64,000 nucleotides of DNA from contig CAVNZM010000005.1 of NCBI GenBank assembly GCA_963693365.1, positions 1,612,001 through 1,676,000 on the forward strand. The letters run 5' to 3'. Position 1 is the first letter of the stretch; each line of letters begins with the position of its first letter. The stretch comes from Amoebidium appalachense (taxonomy: Eukaryota; Protista; Ichthyosporea). Shown piece after piece: positions 28,932 to 43,480 of this stretch. A model generated the notes under the pieces. It made no database searches. It saw only the letters and a program-made list of their open reading frames with translations, and was not told where the DNA came from. The translations under genes were made by a program, and so were the position numbers.

Positions 28932-30290
28932 ATGGCATTTCCAAGGGCAATTTTGGACGCTCTCAGTGTTGTTTTGTGCCCGGGGTCACAAGACGACCTC
29001 CTGCCTGAGAACGTTGTTTTTGATTCACAACAGCCAAGCGGGTGGCCCACAACGCTTCGCCGCTACATCCGCAAGGTATGTCGTTACTTCAGTTCATGGT
29101 ACCGATGTTAAAAGTGCCCAGTGGTTTCACTTACGTCGTAACAGTTGCTTCAGGTTGAAGGAGCAACCTGCGACGCGTACCCTACGCTTGTTTGTATGTA
29201 GATACTATTATCAACGTATATTGCCAGCTTTTCGGTTCGCAGGCTTCCTAGTTTGTGTTTCTTCAATTGATTGATCTGATCTATCGTCACAGGTGCAAAA
29301 GACTGCGTTCTGGAAGCTCTACCTTTTCCTGCTCTGTGCATTCCACTGGGCGGTGGTGGCCCTTGTGGCGGGCATCGAAATCTTCCGGCTGCTGGTCTTA
29401 GGAAATAACACGAGCACGGTATGTATGCCCACGCACACGAACATTAAGCGGATCCCATGAAGTTGCAGCAGCATGCATGGACACTCTCTATAACCACAGC
29501 ACTCATCCTCTCTCGCTCTTGTCCCTACGCTCCCTCTCTCTCTTCACCCCCACCACATAGCCCTCATTCCTCTTTCTCGCATCCTCTCTATCTGCCCCAG
29601 CTTTAAGGCTCATCCCTTCCCCTCCGCCGCTTCTTTCCCCGGCCCGGGCAAGCCTCAGTATCACCTGCACTCCGTTTCTCAGTCTCTCCCTAAAAGTGTC
29701 CCCCTCCTCTCCCCCCCCCCCCCCCCTCCCCCCCCCCCCCCTCTTCGCTTGGCTCCTCGCCACCGCTCATCCTCATCTCACTCTCTAGCTTTCTTGCCCA
29801 TCCCTCCCTGTGACTGCAAACACTATTTCTATTGCGTGGAGTTGCAGGCCCTGGCCTAGGCATCTCTAAGCAACTTCTCTTGCCCTCTATACTAACCATA
29901 TACTCACGTGCAACACAGGTTGCCATCACTCTGTCTGTGGTTGTTGCCTACGTTTTGCTCGTGCAGTATGTGCTGGCGCCTGGTGGGTATGCTGCCCACC
30001 TCCGCGACACAGTTATCCCCGAACTGTGCCTCGACCACTTTCTCAGCAAATGCAGAGGATATGAAAGAAGAGTGGTGTCAACTACTGTACTCTCTCCTTC
30101 TGAACGCGACGAGATGAGGGAAGAGATGCTTCAAGATGTGGCGGCTCTGTACGGCCGCTACATTGACATGTTTGACAACTACGAAAACAGCTACCGCTAC
30201 TTCCTCATCAGCCGGCTGCCCAGGGGCATGGTGTCTATCAACAACCAGCAGGTGGGTCCCAGTGCCGCGCCTGCAGCAGCAGCTGCATAA
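28932..30290 (+). CDS. Hypothetical membrane protein (about two TM segments), 4 predicted exons
   Basis: Exons ~28932-29075, 29154-29189, 29293-29418 and 29919-30290 with GT-AG boundaries; hydrophobic stretches LYLFLLCAFHWAVVALVAGI and VAITLSVVVAYVLLVQYVL. Confidence 0.6.
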
Positions 30291-30698
30291 CGGCATCAGG
30301 GCCCATACATATATATAAATATATCACCCAGCATGTAAGAATGACTCACTGAATTCCTCGGAATATAGACTACGCCATTGAATGCCTGTTAGATGTTTCT
30401 TTGTAAGCTTTTCAAGTTGCTGGCTTCCGCAACCGATCTGGACTTTGTGATCTGATGTGCCTAGCCCTGACACATAACATATGTCATGAAACTACTGTAG
30501 CAGCACGTGTCCAGAACTATGGCAAACATCATACATGAACCTTATACTCTGAGAATGTTCCTTGCCATATCTAAGAAAATCGAGTAAGAATCCACCCACA
30601 ACTCTACTTTTTCCCTTCTCTTCTATACCCCCCCCCCCCCACACACACCTCCCTCCCCCCCCCACCCCCCCCCCCCCCCCCCCCCCCCCATTCATAAC

Positions 30699-31289
30699 TC
30701 ACCACCAAACACCCCCCCTCCCGCTCGTCCTACTACTTCCACCCGCACCGCCATACGTATACCCCCTCGAGTCCCCGCCCGCTCCCCTACTCCCCGCATC
30801 CGCATTCGTGTTCGTGTTTGTACCCCTACTCTGTCCATATGCCGAACTACCACCCGTCCGCCTCCCTCCGTTGTTTGGGGAGCTTGTGTTTGTGTTGTAT
30901 CTTTTTGAGTTAGGGCTCGAACGGTTAAAGGTGTATCCGAAAGTGGAAAACGAGCCAGGGGAGCCGTAGCCGAAATTATCGAACCCTGTGCAGTGGCGGC
31001 CAAAGCGGGAGTTGTCATAGTCGCGGCGGGTGGTGGCGTTGGAGAGGACACGGTACGCCTGTGTGTGTGGGTGTACGTGTGTGTGCGTGTGCGTGTGTGT
31101 GTGTGTATGTATGTGTGCGTGCGTGTGTGGGTGGGCGGTGGAGGGAGGGGGAGGGGGGGGGGGGGGGGGGGGGAGGGAGGGGGGCAAAGGGAAAGGGATT
31201 GATGTAGGGGGATGGGAGGAGAAAGGGTGGGGAAGGAGAGGAAGAAGAGGGTGCGAGTGTTGGTGGTTCTGGCGGTTGTGGTTTGTGCT

Positions 31290-31320
<31 letters not shown>

Positions 31321-32169
31321 ACAGGGGCATTTGTGTTTTTGTGTGGACTGGGGGAGAGGGGGGGGGGGGGGGGGGGGGGGGGATGGGTAGCACACACAAT
31401 CCAGGCAATCCGAAAGTAAGAAATCGCAACATGAGCAGTTAGTTATCCAGGGGCAGACCGGAGTCAAAGGAGCGGTGCAAAGGGATAGCGGAGGACCGGG
31501 GGGCGGGGGGAGGGGGGGAAGGGGGGAGGGGGGGGGGGGGGGGGGGGGGTGAGGGCATTGCGGGTTTATAACAAGTTCACCATGGACTTGGGGTGATAGG
31601 GAGATGGCTTCATTTCTGAGGGAGCAAACTTTAGCATCCCAGCACTCAACCTTTAGGTTTTTTAATGTGTGTGTGCGTGTGTGTGTGTACGGGTGAGTGG
31701 GTGCGAGCGCAAGTGCGTTAACTGCACACACATGTTTTGCTTGTGTATGTGTGCGAGGCAGGAAAGTGTGCGAGGGCATGCGGGAGCGCACGGGTGTGTA
31801 CCTGTGTGCACATGCTTGCTTTTGCGTCTGCATGTGGTGCATAGATGCATGTGTGAGGCGTGTATGCACACGTGTGTATAATAATGCAAGCATATTGTAC
31901 CAGTGTGCACGAGTGTGTACGTGTGTGTTTGTGTCAGTGTGTGAGTGTGAGTGTGAGTGTGTGAGTGTGATGTGTACGTGACCGTGTGTGTGTGCGTGTG
32001 TGTATGTGTGTGGGACATGCAAGCACACACCTCCTGGATGCGCTTGAATCGTGCATCTGTCTCAAACTGCTTGACCACACAGTGCGTCGGGTGCTTGTCT
32101 GGGTGCCACTTGCGCGCTGCGCGTGCACATGAGTCAGCTTCCTTACCACCCCCCCCCCCCCCCCCCAGA

Positions 32170-32243
<74 letters not shown>

Positions 32244-32648
32244 CCCTGTTTGGTTCTGTCTATCTTGTTAGCACGTGTTTTTCGAACACTTTTGTCCCTG
32301 AATCGACTTTCTTCTCAAATAGTTGCAGATTACTGTTATGGTAACCAGATAGAAGCTCTTGTCTTTACACAATGTGCCGTACCACTGCACTGAACGAGGA
32401 ACAAGCGTTTACCAGTATGTTTGTGTGTGTATGTGCGTGTGGATGGGTGGGGAGAGGAAGGGGGGGGGGGGGGGGGGGGGGAGGGGAGGAGGGGGGGGGG
32501 GGGAGGGGGAGGGGGGGGGGGGGGGGGGGGGGGGCGGTGGGGCCAATAGGGCCTGCAGGAAGGGGTGGGCCTGCAGGGCCTGCTGCGGGTCGGCATCCAG
32601 TGCCCGCAGCAGGTCAACTTCAAATTCTTCCTGGCTCTCTCTAAACAT
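30699..32648 (-). CDS. DnaJ/Hsp40 J-domain protein with a G/S/F-rich tail; 5' structure uncertain
   Basis: ARKWHPDKH...FKRIQE (~32120-32032) splices to AYRVLSNATTRRDYD (31059 downwards). J-domain helices I/II were not identified. Confidence 0.75.
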
Positions 32649-32889
32649 CTTGAATGGTAACCTTAGATCTCAGCCTGTAATCTTATAAATCGCCAGTATC
32701 AAATCTAATTAATGATTGCTAGCCTGGCTGTGCCAGAGCAACGCCTCAATAAAGAACAGTATGCAAAACAACAAGCCTGTGCCTGTGCAATAAATCTCCA
32801 AAGCAAACATCATGCAAAAAAAAAAAAAAAAAAAGTCTGTGCATGTTTGTTTGTGTGTGCCAGTGGCCGCGGCGGCTGCCTGTGAACCT

Positions 32890-33100
32890 AAGGCGTCCAA
32901 TAAGAGCCCCAGATTGACCGATCCGGGTGGTCATTGGACGCCTTGGGGATGGAATGTGCTGCCCTTAATGCTCATTGGACGCCTTGTGCGGCAATTGGCT
33001 TTTTGAAGCCGAATTATCATTGGCCGCCCTGCGCATCCGTAATACTATTGGACGCCTTGTACATGGAATTCAGAATTCGAATTCCTATTGGACGCCTTGC
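32890..33100. promoter_or_regulatory. Cluster of ATTGGACGCCTTG (CCAAT-containing) motifs upstream of the J-protein gene
   Basis: Copies at 32933, 32974, 33019 (variant), 33047 and 33087, plus one inverted copy at 32890-32901. Confidence 0.5.
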
Positions 33101-33639
33101 GCAAACCTTCGCATTCCTTTGATCCGCACTTTGTGTACGCACCACATGTACGCGTACACGTACACGTACACGTGTTCCGCCCTCTCTCTCTTTAAGAATT
33201 TAATTGTTTAATTAAAACCACGTGCTCTGCACGTGTTTTACACACACACACACAGTGTGTGCACGTGCTCCTGTACATATATCCGCCCATATCTCATATC
33301 CATATCACGATACATGTACACAGATATCACCCTATCTCATATTCACATATCCCATATTTTGGGGGTGCGGATAATGGTTAATGTGATGTCATCTTTGATG
33401 ACGTCGACATTAACCATGTGCCGCGCCCCCAATTGTAGTACAATCCCCCCCCCCCCCCCCCCTCCCCTCCCCACCTTCCTCCGGCCTCCTCACCGTGGCA
33501 ATCCCCTTTCTTCCTGGAACCCACTTCCTCTCATCACACCCACCTAGTTCCTGAGTCCCATAAAATCTTCCGTTCCCTCCCAAGAAACTTCACTGTTGAC
33601 ATGACTTCATTGACGAATACTATTATGATAGGCCACACA

Positions 33640-33868
33640 TCAAATTGCACTGGCGACGGTTTGGTGGGGCACACCCTGTTGGTCCATTTGCGTTTGGGCC
33701 CATTTTGTGATGTTTTCTTTCAGCTGCTTGGCCAATGTGCGTGCTTCCCTGTTCCTCACACGATAGTCCTCTCTTTCTGCTATGACTGTGACTAGCTCGC
33801 TTTGCTCCAATTGGAGTTGAGTGTTGAGTTCTTGGATCTGCTCTTGGAGTTTGGCGACTGTGTGTGTG

Positions 33869-33917
<49 letters not shown>

Positions 33918-33926
33918 GTGTGTTGA

Positions 33927-34018
<92 letters not shown>

Positions 34019-34479
34019 GTGTATGCGCGCGTATGTGCACGCCTTACGGTACGTGTGTGTGTGTGTGTGTCTGTGTGTGGATGTGTGGTGCGGTGTGTGA
34101 ATGTGTGCGTATGTACGCACAACGAGGGCGCCCACGCATGTGTGAAGGTGTTAGTGTATCATGGTGAGCGTGTGTGTGTGTCACGGTTTGTATGCGTGTG
34201 CCTGTGTGCGTGTGTGCGTGCATGGCTTTGTATGTACATGTGGTGTGTGTGTGTGTGCGCGTGCGCGCCCAAGACTGTGTATGTGTACGTGTACGTGTGT
34301 GCGTGTGTGTGGGTGGGTGGGTGGGTGGGTGGGTGCGGGCGAGTGACCTAATTATAGGACCTATACCTTCAAGTGGTGCACTTGGCAAACCTTTTGGGGG
34401 GGGGGGGGGGGGGGGGGGGGGAGGGGGAGGGGGAGGCAGGGGGAGATGAGAGGGGGTTGGTAGTGGTGGTGGTGTGTAT

Positions 34480-34510
<31 letters not shown>

Positions 34511-35787
34511 GAAGACAGGCTTGAGAAGCATAATGAATAAGTGCGGGTGATTGCAACAGTGAGAGGGGCTTAATTGCGAAAGTTAATAACATTATAGCTG
34601 TGATAGTAGATGAGACACCATCAGCAAAGTTTGTAATAGTGAATTGCAACAACTTTCATGTGAGTCAGTGAATGCAATATCCTTCAGCCTCAATGGGATA
34701 AATCGGCGGCGGCGGGAGGGGAGAGGGGGGGGGGGGGGGGGGGGGGGGTTGGGGGGGGTTGGGGGGGGGGGGGGGGGGTAGGTTGTGTTACAGAGTACCA
34801 CGTACACATTCACAACGGACAACACAAAGCAGACTCTGCACAATGCGGATTGTGTAAAGAGCACATCAAGAGTATGCCCGATAGGCAGAGCCCATCCTCC
34901 GGGAGGGAGGGGGGGAGGGGGGGAGGGGGCATAAGACAGCCTACTACCAAATCTCTGAGCGGAAAAGCCAGTGTTCGTGTGTGTATATGTGCGTGTGAGT
35001 TAGCGTGAGTGTGTGTGTATGTGTATGCGTACACGCGCATGTACATGATTTATGGTAAGGTGTGTCCCAGTGTGTAGATAGATGCAGTAATAAGGACCTG
35101 ACTCACCAGGGGCTCAGCATGGCGGTACGGCATACGAGTGGGTGTGTGTGGGGTGGGAAGGAAGGGGGGGAAGCGGGAGAGGGAGGGGGGGTAGTTGTGA
35201 GCAGGGAACTTACGTGTCCATGACTGCAAGGTTGCCCTGTCGTAATTTCGTCTCCGAAGGGGTTTGGATCCCCCAACCAACTGGTCTATCAGGATATTGC
35301 CCTCCTCCTCCAAGGCAGTGGCTACTTCGGCCAAAACAGACAATCCGGGTGCTTTCTCCGCCCACCCACGCACTGCACCCCATAAACCCCCCCTTCCGCT
35401 CGGTTTTTGGGCCCCGGCCGAGGTCAATTCTGTTGTGCTTACCCATCTTTTCGTGGCCATGGTGGGTTTTTGCAATGATACTTCAGGCTTGCCATAATGA
35501 TCTTCAGTGTGTGTATGAGACGCCTCGGGGTTATCAGTTTCCGGATGGTCGGAATTTTGAGCTTCGGTAGGGTTTGTTGGTGTCGGCCGGGAAAATGTAG
35601 CTAGGGTCGAAGTACTTAGGGATTTGGTGGATCCATTTTGAAGTGGGAGGGAGAATGTTCGTTTTAGGAAGTCGAATCGGTCAGCTGATTTGGGTGCCTC
35701 TGCTGTAGTGAGGAGGCAGCGTGTGAGTGTGAGTGTAAGTGTGTGAGTGTGTGCACGCGCCGGGAGGGAGAAGGGGGGTGGGTGGGG

Positions 35788-35856
<69 letters not shown>

Positions 35857-36139
35857 GGGGAGAATGAGCGAGTGAAGGAGTGAAGGAGTGAGTGAGTGAA
35901 TGAATGAATGAGTGAGTGAGTGAGTGAGTGGTGAGTATATGTGTGTGTTGTGTGTATGCTTGCACGCGCAAAGACATGCCTCTGTATGTCGTCAGAACTG
36001 TAAGTTGGTAAGTCCTTGTGAGTGAATGTGATTGGAAGTGTGTGTTTACATCAGGATTTTTTTGTGTGTATTTGTGATTAGACATGTGCGAGTGTGCGTT
36101 TGAACTGAGGTGAGAGCGCATGTGTGTGTGTGTGTGTGT

Positions 36140-36195
<56 letters not shown>

Positions 36196-36909
36196 CGTGC
36201 GTGTGTGTGTGTGTGTGTGTGTGTGCGTGTGGTTGTCTGTGCGCATGCACGTACGTGCTCACCCGTGACCTGAAGGGGGTCCCTTGAGTGGAAGGGGGGA
36301 TGAGGGGGGGGGGGGGGGAGGGAGGGGGGGAAGGAAAGGGGGAGGGGAGAGGGAGGGGGGTACGAGGATGGGGGGAGAGGGACGGGGGCAGACGACTTAC
36401 ACAAGAGGCAAGGGGAAGGAGGGAGATCGATGCCCACTGCATGCAGAATGGGAAGTGAAGAAGGAAAAGGGGGAAAGAGGAGGGGGAGGGGGGGGGGGGG
36501 GGGGGGGGGAAAGAGGGGGAAGGGGGAAGGAGGGGAGGGGAGGGGGGCAGGAAAGAGGGCTTTAACTACCTGGGGGCGGGATTGCATCCAGGCCGGAGGA
36601 CAGGGAGGCCTCGTTGACAGACAGCCGTGTCTTGGGCCTACGAAGGCTACGGGTACGACGGTTGAGGGTGCTGAACCCATCACTCATGTCTGGGGGGGAG
36701 GGGGGGAAAGAGAGAGAGGAGGCATCTTAGAATAAACGGTAAGAGTAAAAGTAGACTTTGAGGTGTCAAAACAAACTGACGGCAACACCAGCACAAGAGA
36801 GAATGTCATGTTTGGGTGTGTGGGTGGGTGGGGGTGGGGTGGGGGGGGGAAGGGGGGGGGGGGAGCTGGGTAGGGGAAGTAGCTTTGGAAATCAGTAGCA
36901 TTGGGGAAC

Positions 36910-36992
<83 letters not shown>

Positions 36993-38365
36993 TATCAGTA
37001 AGTGAATGTGTGTACGTGTGAGTGAGAGAGTGTGTCTGTATACGTGTACGTAAATGGGTGTGCGTGTGCACACGTGAGTGAGTGTGTGATTGTGTCTGTG
37101 TGTGTACGTGTGTGTACGTGTGTGTGTCTGTTTAGCATCCACAAGGCAACAAAAAAGGAGAGCAGTGATATGTTACACTAGAGCACAGGAAAGCACACAG
37201 GAACAGCCCATGCTCAGGCCCAAAGTGAAACACAATCACGGGGGGAGAGGAGTGAAAGGGTGGTTGCGATGGTGTGTGCGAGTCTGTGTTTTCTGCATGT
37301 GTGTGTGCTGTAAATGTTGTGTGTGTATGTGTCTGTGTGTGTGGTGGTGGGGGAAGGGGGGGGGGGGGGGGGGGGGGGGGGGTTGAAGTGCAAATTAAAA
37401 ATATCGCGTGGGCTGAGGCTACACAGAAAGGAGACACACAAAGTAGGGAAGGGGGGAGGAACAGAGGGGGGGGGGAGGGAAGAGGGGGAAGAGTCTAAAC
37501 ACGGCAATCTATTGGCCACACATTCTCCCTCTGGAAAACAGAGACAGGAATTCATGACACAAGCAACTTGGCACACACACACACATAACCCGCCCCATCC
37601 ACCCACCCACCCACTGAATCCCCCCCTCTCCTCCCTCTCCTCCCCCCCCCCCTCCCCCCCCCCCTCCCAACTCTGCTGTAGCACACACAAACACGCATTG
37701 ACACACAAACACACATTCCCAGAGATTTGTGCTTGCTATATGTAAGTGTGTACAACATACTTACGGCCGATGCATACAACACAAGTGCTGCACTTGGACA
37801 CTGTCATCACTAGCAACCACGAGTACACAGGCAGTCAAAAGAGCAGGGGGAAAGAAACATACAACACGTGCTGTGAATGCAACCGCCCTCCTGCACCTGG
37901 ACATACCCCCACCCATACACAGGCACACACACATATGCAGAGAACGAGCCCCTGCACACACCTAGGTGCCCAGTACCCCCCCACAAAATATGCACACACG
38001 CACACACACACCTGAACTGAGGCTCTCGGCACTTGCCGAGTCAAGGGAGACTGTTCTGTGTGCCGTTAACCTATAAGGACACAGGTTAACCAGGTGCGAA
38101 GGAAAAAACGGCTAGAAAAGGTTAAGAGGTTGAGTTTTGGATAGGAAAACGAGCAGATGGGGAAGGGTTGGGAGATAGGTAAATGAAAGGGGGGAGGGGG
38201 CGGTAAGGAACGAGCGGATGCAAGAGCAACCCTGGCCCTAAGTTACGAAACACCCACAAGGCCCCGGCCTCCCCCCATTTACCCCTCTCCCTCCTCCCTC
38301 TCCCCTCCCTTTTCCCCACACTGTGACACACAGACAAACATACCACAATTTGAACCCGCCTGCAC

Positions 38366-38407
<42 letters not shown>

Positions 38408-38825
38408 CACACACACACCACATTTCGAACCCACCCACACACACACAGACACGCACACACGCATACACACCCCTCTTTGAACCCGTAAAATAACAAGCCT
38501 CTACTGGACCGCATCTTCTTAAACTTAATATCCTTGGTTTTCATCCTACATGTGTGCGTTTACAGCTCCCCTTACAAGTCCAAGTACTTATCCCACCGCC
38601 ACTTCATGAATGTGATCACCTCTTCCCGCACAGATCTTTCGATGCCTGTGTTCATTTTGTTCTTCCGTCTAACCTCACTTACTTGTTATATTGGACGTCC
38701 CGTCCACTAACGGTATAAACACGCTGGCGTGCCGCTCTGCTCTCATTCATCTGCGTTTCTTGAACACCCAGGGAGCCATTTCTGGCACTGGTAGGAAAGG
38801 TGTCGACTGACTGTGATAAAGACAT
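33640..38825 (-). CDS. Ser/Thr-rich protein with a C-terminal SCHIP1/FEZ-like coiled coil, 5 predicted exons
   Basis: Phase-consistent GT-AG exons ~38825-38683, 38070-38012, 36689-36570, 35700-35215 and 33858-33640; C-terminus LQSWTLAKLQEQIQELNTQLQLEQSELVTVIAEREDY. Confidence 0.72.
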
Positions 38826-40869
38826 TCTAGGGTGTTATCAATGCTGGAAACTTTAATGTATTATATGGTCAGGAATATATGGCAGTATGTGGAGCCTCAG
38901 GGGACAGAGCGTCACAGATAAAGCCACAAAAAACGAGAGGACGCCCTGGTTGGACTTGGAAACTCCTGCTACTTTGAATACTTCACGATTGCAGCAACAA
39001 AAAAGAGTGGACATAGCTTGGGAGCCGGGACAGTCAGAGATGCAACCAGGTGTTTCGTAAGTTTGTAGGGTGCCCACGTGCACGCCGTGACGTGCGTGCC
39101 TACTCAGAACACAGCGAGTGATAACAGATTTTGTATTGAGAAAACGGGGTTGAAACAACTATGCATACAGGTGTTTCTCCTGGCTGCCAAGTATGTGCCC
39201 GTGTACGCTTTGGCAGTCTGGCAGTCTCAGCCTTTTCATGTCTGCGCGCGCTGGCAACGGCCCGGTCGACACATGGTGGCAAATAGAAATTTATCGTGTT
39301 GGAATGCGTCAGCCCGGGAAGATAAACAGTTATTATCATGGTATGATAACCATTTCTGTAAGCTCCTAGCTTCAAACAGTTAGGAATAGGATGATATAAT
39401 AATGCTTAAATAAATAAAATAAGTCAACACGTACAACCAGGAAAGCTTTGTCGTGCTTTTAAGTCACAGTTAAACCATTAGGTGCTGTAGAGGTTTTTCG
39501 GTTGCAGATTTAATGCAGAAGTCCAACTAATTTACACTCCTCTTTTGGCATGCGGGTGGTGCGTTGACAGCCAATGACACGCCAAATGAAATACCAATTT
39601 TATTATAAGTTCACGTGATACTCATGATCATGCTTCTAAAATACACACCATCACGTCACCCGTCACCAAGCACTTTCGGCACAGTCACATATTATTGTGG
39701 GTCATAAGTTATAAAATATGTCGGTGCAGAGACTTCATGTCGTGACAACCTTCATTTTCCTCGACCTGTAGCAACACAAAAAACATCAGTAACCAGCACA
39801 TTGCTATGTATTACATCATGATCCTGTTCACACTAACTGAACCAACACCCTTTCCAGTTTACGTATATATACAGAGGCACGGCCGTTTTTTCATTTTCGC
39901 ACGCCAACAGGGCTTGTGCACGATTGCCCAAAGCTTTCCGTAAGGCAGCTACAGCTGTAGGTAGGCTTGGAGTAGATGGGTGGATGCCGCCGTGCTGGTA
40001 GTGACGTGTGCGTGTGTGTGTGGGGGGGGGGGGGGAGGGGGGGGGGGGGGGGGGGGGGGGGGGTATGACGATCTGCAAACGACGACCCTAGCAGGGGGCC
40101 CACAATGGTGGCAGTGAATGAGAGTTGTAGCGGTGACGGTAATAACTACTGAGAAAGCCATGCTTTCTTTTGTGTGGACCTTCAACATAAAACACAACAG
40201 GAACAACAAATAAGACAGGTAAACACTACCCACGGCTTGTACATGGGCTCGCAGCACAACAAGATAGTTTCTGGGCAAACCACAGGCATTACGGCAACGT
40301 GCAGGTTTGACCTGAAAACCTGCATAGACACAATACACTCACGAAGGCACACAGGCGCACCGTGCACACACACACACACACGACACGCACACTCACGCAC
40401 GCGCGCACACAGTGCTTCAGTACACCGTAGACGATCTGTGCAATGAACTGCGTGAGGGCATGCAAACTCGCTACATGCACTCTGTCGACTAGAGTTCCGA
40501 CGTTATCCCAATAAAGGCGATTCGTTCACGTAAGCTGAAGTCTTCTATAATGTGTTTAACAACTCAAAGTTGTGCATCCCCCGGGTGGCACACCCTCCCT
40601 GTACATGCCCCCCTCAACCCCCCCCCCCCCCCCACCCCACCCCAACCCCCAACTCCCTCCCTCCTCACCCATGTCACCTGTCATGTCGAAACACAGAGAT
40701 CATAGTACCTTCCCTTACATGCAAACGGTAAGAATACAACATGCACACCAGCATATAGAACCGTGACAGGCAACAAAACATTACCCGCCGCATATATGAC
40801 ACTAATAATGAGAAGTAGTCGTTCTTATATCGGTGTTGAAAGACGTTGGATTTGGTGAACAGCACACAC

Positions 40870-40908
<39 letters not shown>

Positions 40909-40913
40909 TCTCT

Positions 40914-41010
<97 letters not shown>

Positions 41011-41717
41011 ACACACACAACGGCACCACATACCCCAAACACATAAGTTACAGCTCGTAACGGTTGTAGGCCCTGTAACTCGTTGAGTAAGAGTACCGTT
41101 GACCTGCTGCCGGGACCTTCTATATCACATGCAGGCCTATGCCCACAATAAACTTCACATACCCTCAAAAGTGCTCATCTCCGTCTATGTTTCCTGACTA
41201 TCTCAGTAGTACCTTTGCACACGTCCCTTTCTGGACGGATATGGAGCACTGTTCGCTACGTGTGGCTGCCTGGCCACAGCCTCAAATGCCAAGGTGATTA
41301 TGAGCAGCACGCGCCTTTTTCTTCGAATTCATTGTATGTTTGCAATTGAAAGTAACCCAGGTCACGAAAATAAGGGTCCCAAGTGCCAATCGGATGTGTG
41401 TAGTGCTACAGTGCACCTGGTCTTGAGGGCTCCCAGTGCAGACTTAGTAAGGATCCAAAGAATACTGAGACTTTGAGGTACAGGGGGGGGTAGTTCAAAG
41501 GGATGGGTGGGTGGGGGGGGGGGGGGGGGGGGGGGGGGGGAGAAGGAGGGGTGGGAGCCGCCGGGAAGAGGGTGGGGTGAGGTGGCGTATGGGTTTGGAG
41601 AGGAGACGCAGTGAGGGGAGGAGGGAGAAGGGGGGGAGGGGGGGGGGGGAGTTTGTGTGTGTGTGTGTGAACTTGAGACCAGAGGAAGGAGGGAGGGAGG
41701 GAGGGAGGGGGGGGTGG

Positions 41718-41845
<128 letters not shown>

Positions 41846-42491
41846 CTTCTAGAGAGAGTTTAGAGAGAGACAAGAGAGGGGGGAAGGGGGGGGAAGTGGG
41901 AGAGAGAGAGGGGGGGGAGGGGAGGGGGGGGGGGGGGGGGAGAAAGAGGGAGAAAGAGAGAAGGAAAGGGAGAGAGGAAGGGAGTCCGGGGAGAGGGCTA
42001 GAGGAGTAAGCCAGCTAGCTATAGAGGTTGCTGTGTCGGTGATTTCCTAGGCATGTTTCCTGAGTCACGGCCACCCGTGGGGGTGTTGGGAAATGTTGGA
42101 AAAATGTCGCTGGATTAGTTTTGCGGTCACAAGGTTACACTGAGCTCACCACTGAGCCACACAGTTAGGGTTGATCACTGCGCAAGTTGGGGCCCGGAAG
42201 TTGTCACTGAGTCGGCCAGGTCGGCCGCGGTGTTGGGAGGCTGGGGGTTGGAAGTTGCCCGTTTCGTGTGACTTCGAAAGAATGCCATCAACAGCGAGAG
42301 TGTGACTGTGTATTGTTTGGGTTTGATAGCTTTCTTTGCCCAAGTGCACCGAGCTGGTGGGTGTAGGCGCATGTACAGCACCTGAAAGCGTGGAGCTGTA
42401 AGAGACTGCTGGCCTGTCCCATGTTCGCGTGCACACAGCAGGGAAATACCAATAAGTCGCCCCACCTATCCTACATACCGGCCACCTAAGA

Positions 42492-42985
42492 ATGAACTCA
42501 CGCAAGGACTCTCTATGTCGGATCCCACTCATCCTACTGTTTGCTACACTTGCATCTCTTCCTTCAACGCTTGCAAACCCGCTCACACTTAGGAATGAGA
42601 TGCCGGCAGAGGCCGGGTTTTTGGCTCCGCCGCCAGTTGAGTGTTTGCCAGAGCAGGAAAAGTGTGGTGGGGTGGGACAGCCGTTTTGCTGTGCGAACCT
42701 GACGTGTATCCACTTTGGGATGTATGCGGCCGTATGCTTGAAGAAAGGTGTGTGTGTGTGAGTATGGGTCTGTGTGTCCGTTGTCTCACTCCCCATCTCC
42801 TCCCGTCTCTGACCCCCTGTCTTTCCCCTGTATCAGTTTCTCTTCTTGAGGCTCCCTCTTCCCCGCTCTTGGTGTTGCCCGACTTCACGTGCAACTGTCG
42901 CACTTCTGTGAGCGAGGCTAATTGTTCGAGTCTTGATTGTGTGAAAACTTTTTGCAGTAGTAACTTCAACCTCTGCATTTGTAGA

Positions 42986-43047
<62 letters not shown>

Positions 43048-43207
43048 TTCCCACACACGCAAACGCACACATTACCTCCGTTCTCCCACCCTATGATCAT
43101 GATCCCATTGTATTCTGGGAAGGGAAAAGGATATACACCCTCTTTTGTCTCTTTTGTCTCTCTATGAGGCCGTGTGTATCCCTGCCTTTCTATCCTCCCC
43201 TCCACTA

Positions 43208-43238
<31 letters not shown>

Positions 43239-43447
43239 CCCCCCGTCCCGCTCCTCTTCCATTAAAAGTAAACTGCGCAGCCATAAACACTACCTATCCC
43301 CCCCATGTGCAGGGTTTGATGTGCACGAGTGTACCGAGCAGTACACCCCGTGCCAGGCTGGTGGAGGGGTTCCTTGCTGTCCGGGAAACGAATGCAAGGC
43401 CGCAGAGAGCGGCACTTTCTTGTGCCAGGTCGGTCTCCACCCCCCCC

Positions 43448-43480
<33 letters not shown>

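Noticed and set aside
32890-33100. CRISPR-like repeat-spacer appearance
   Set aside because: The repeats are only ~13 bp, spacing is irregular, the context is eukaryotic, and no cas genes are present.
39833-41300. Possible minus-strand Cys-rich spliced gene
   Set aside because: I could not build a stop-free, phase-consistent exon chain.
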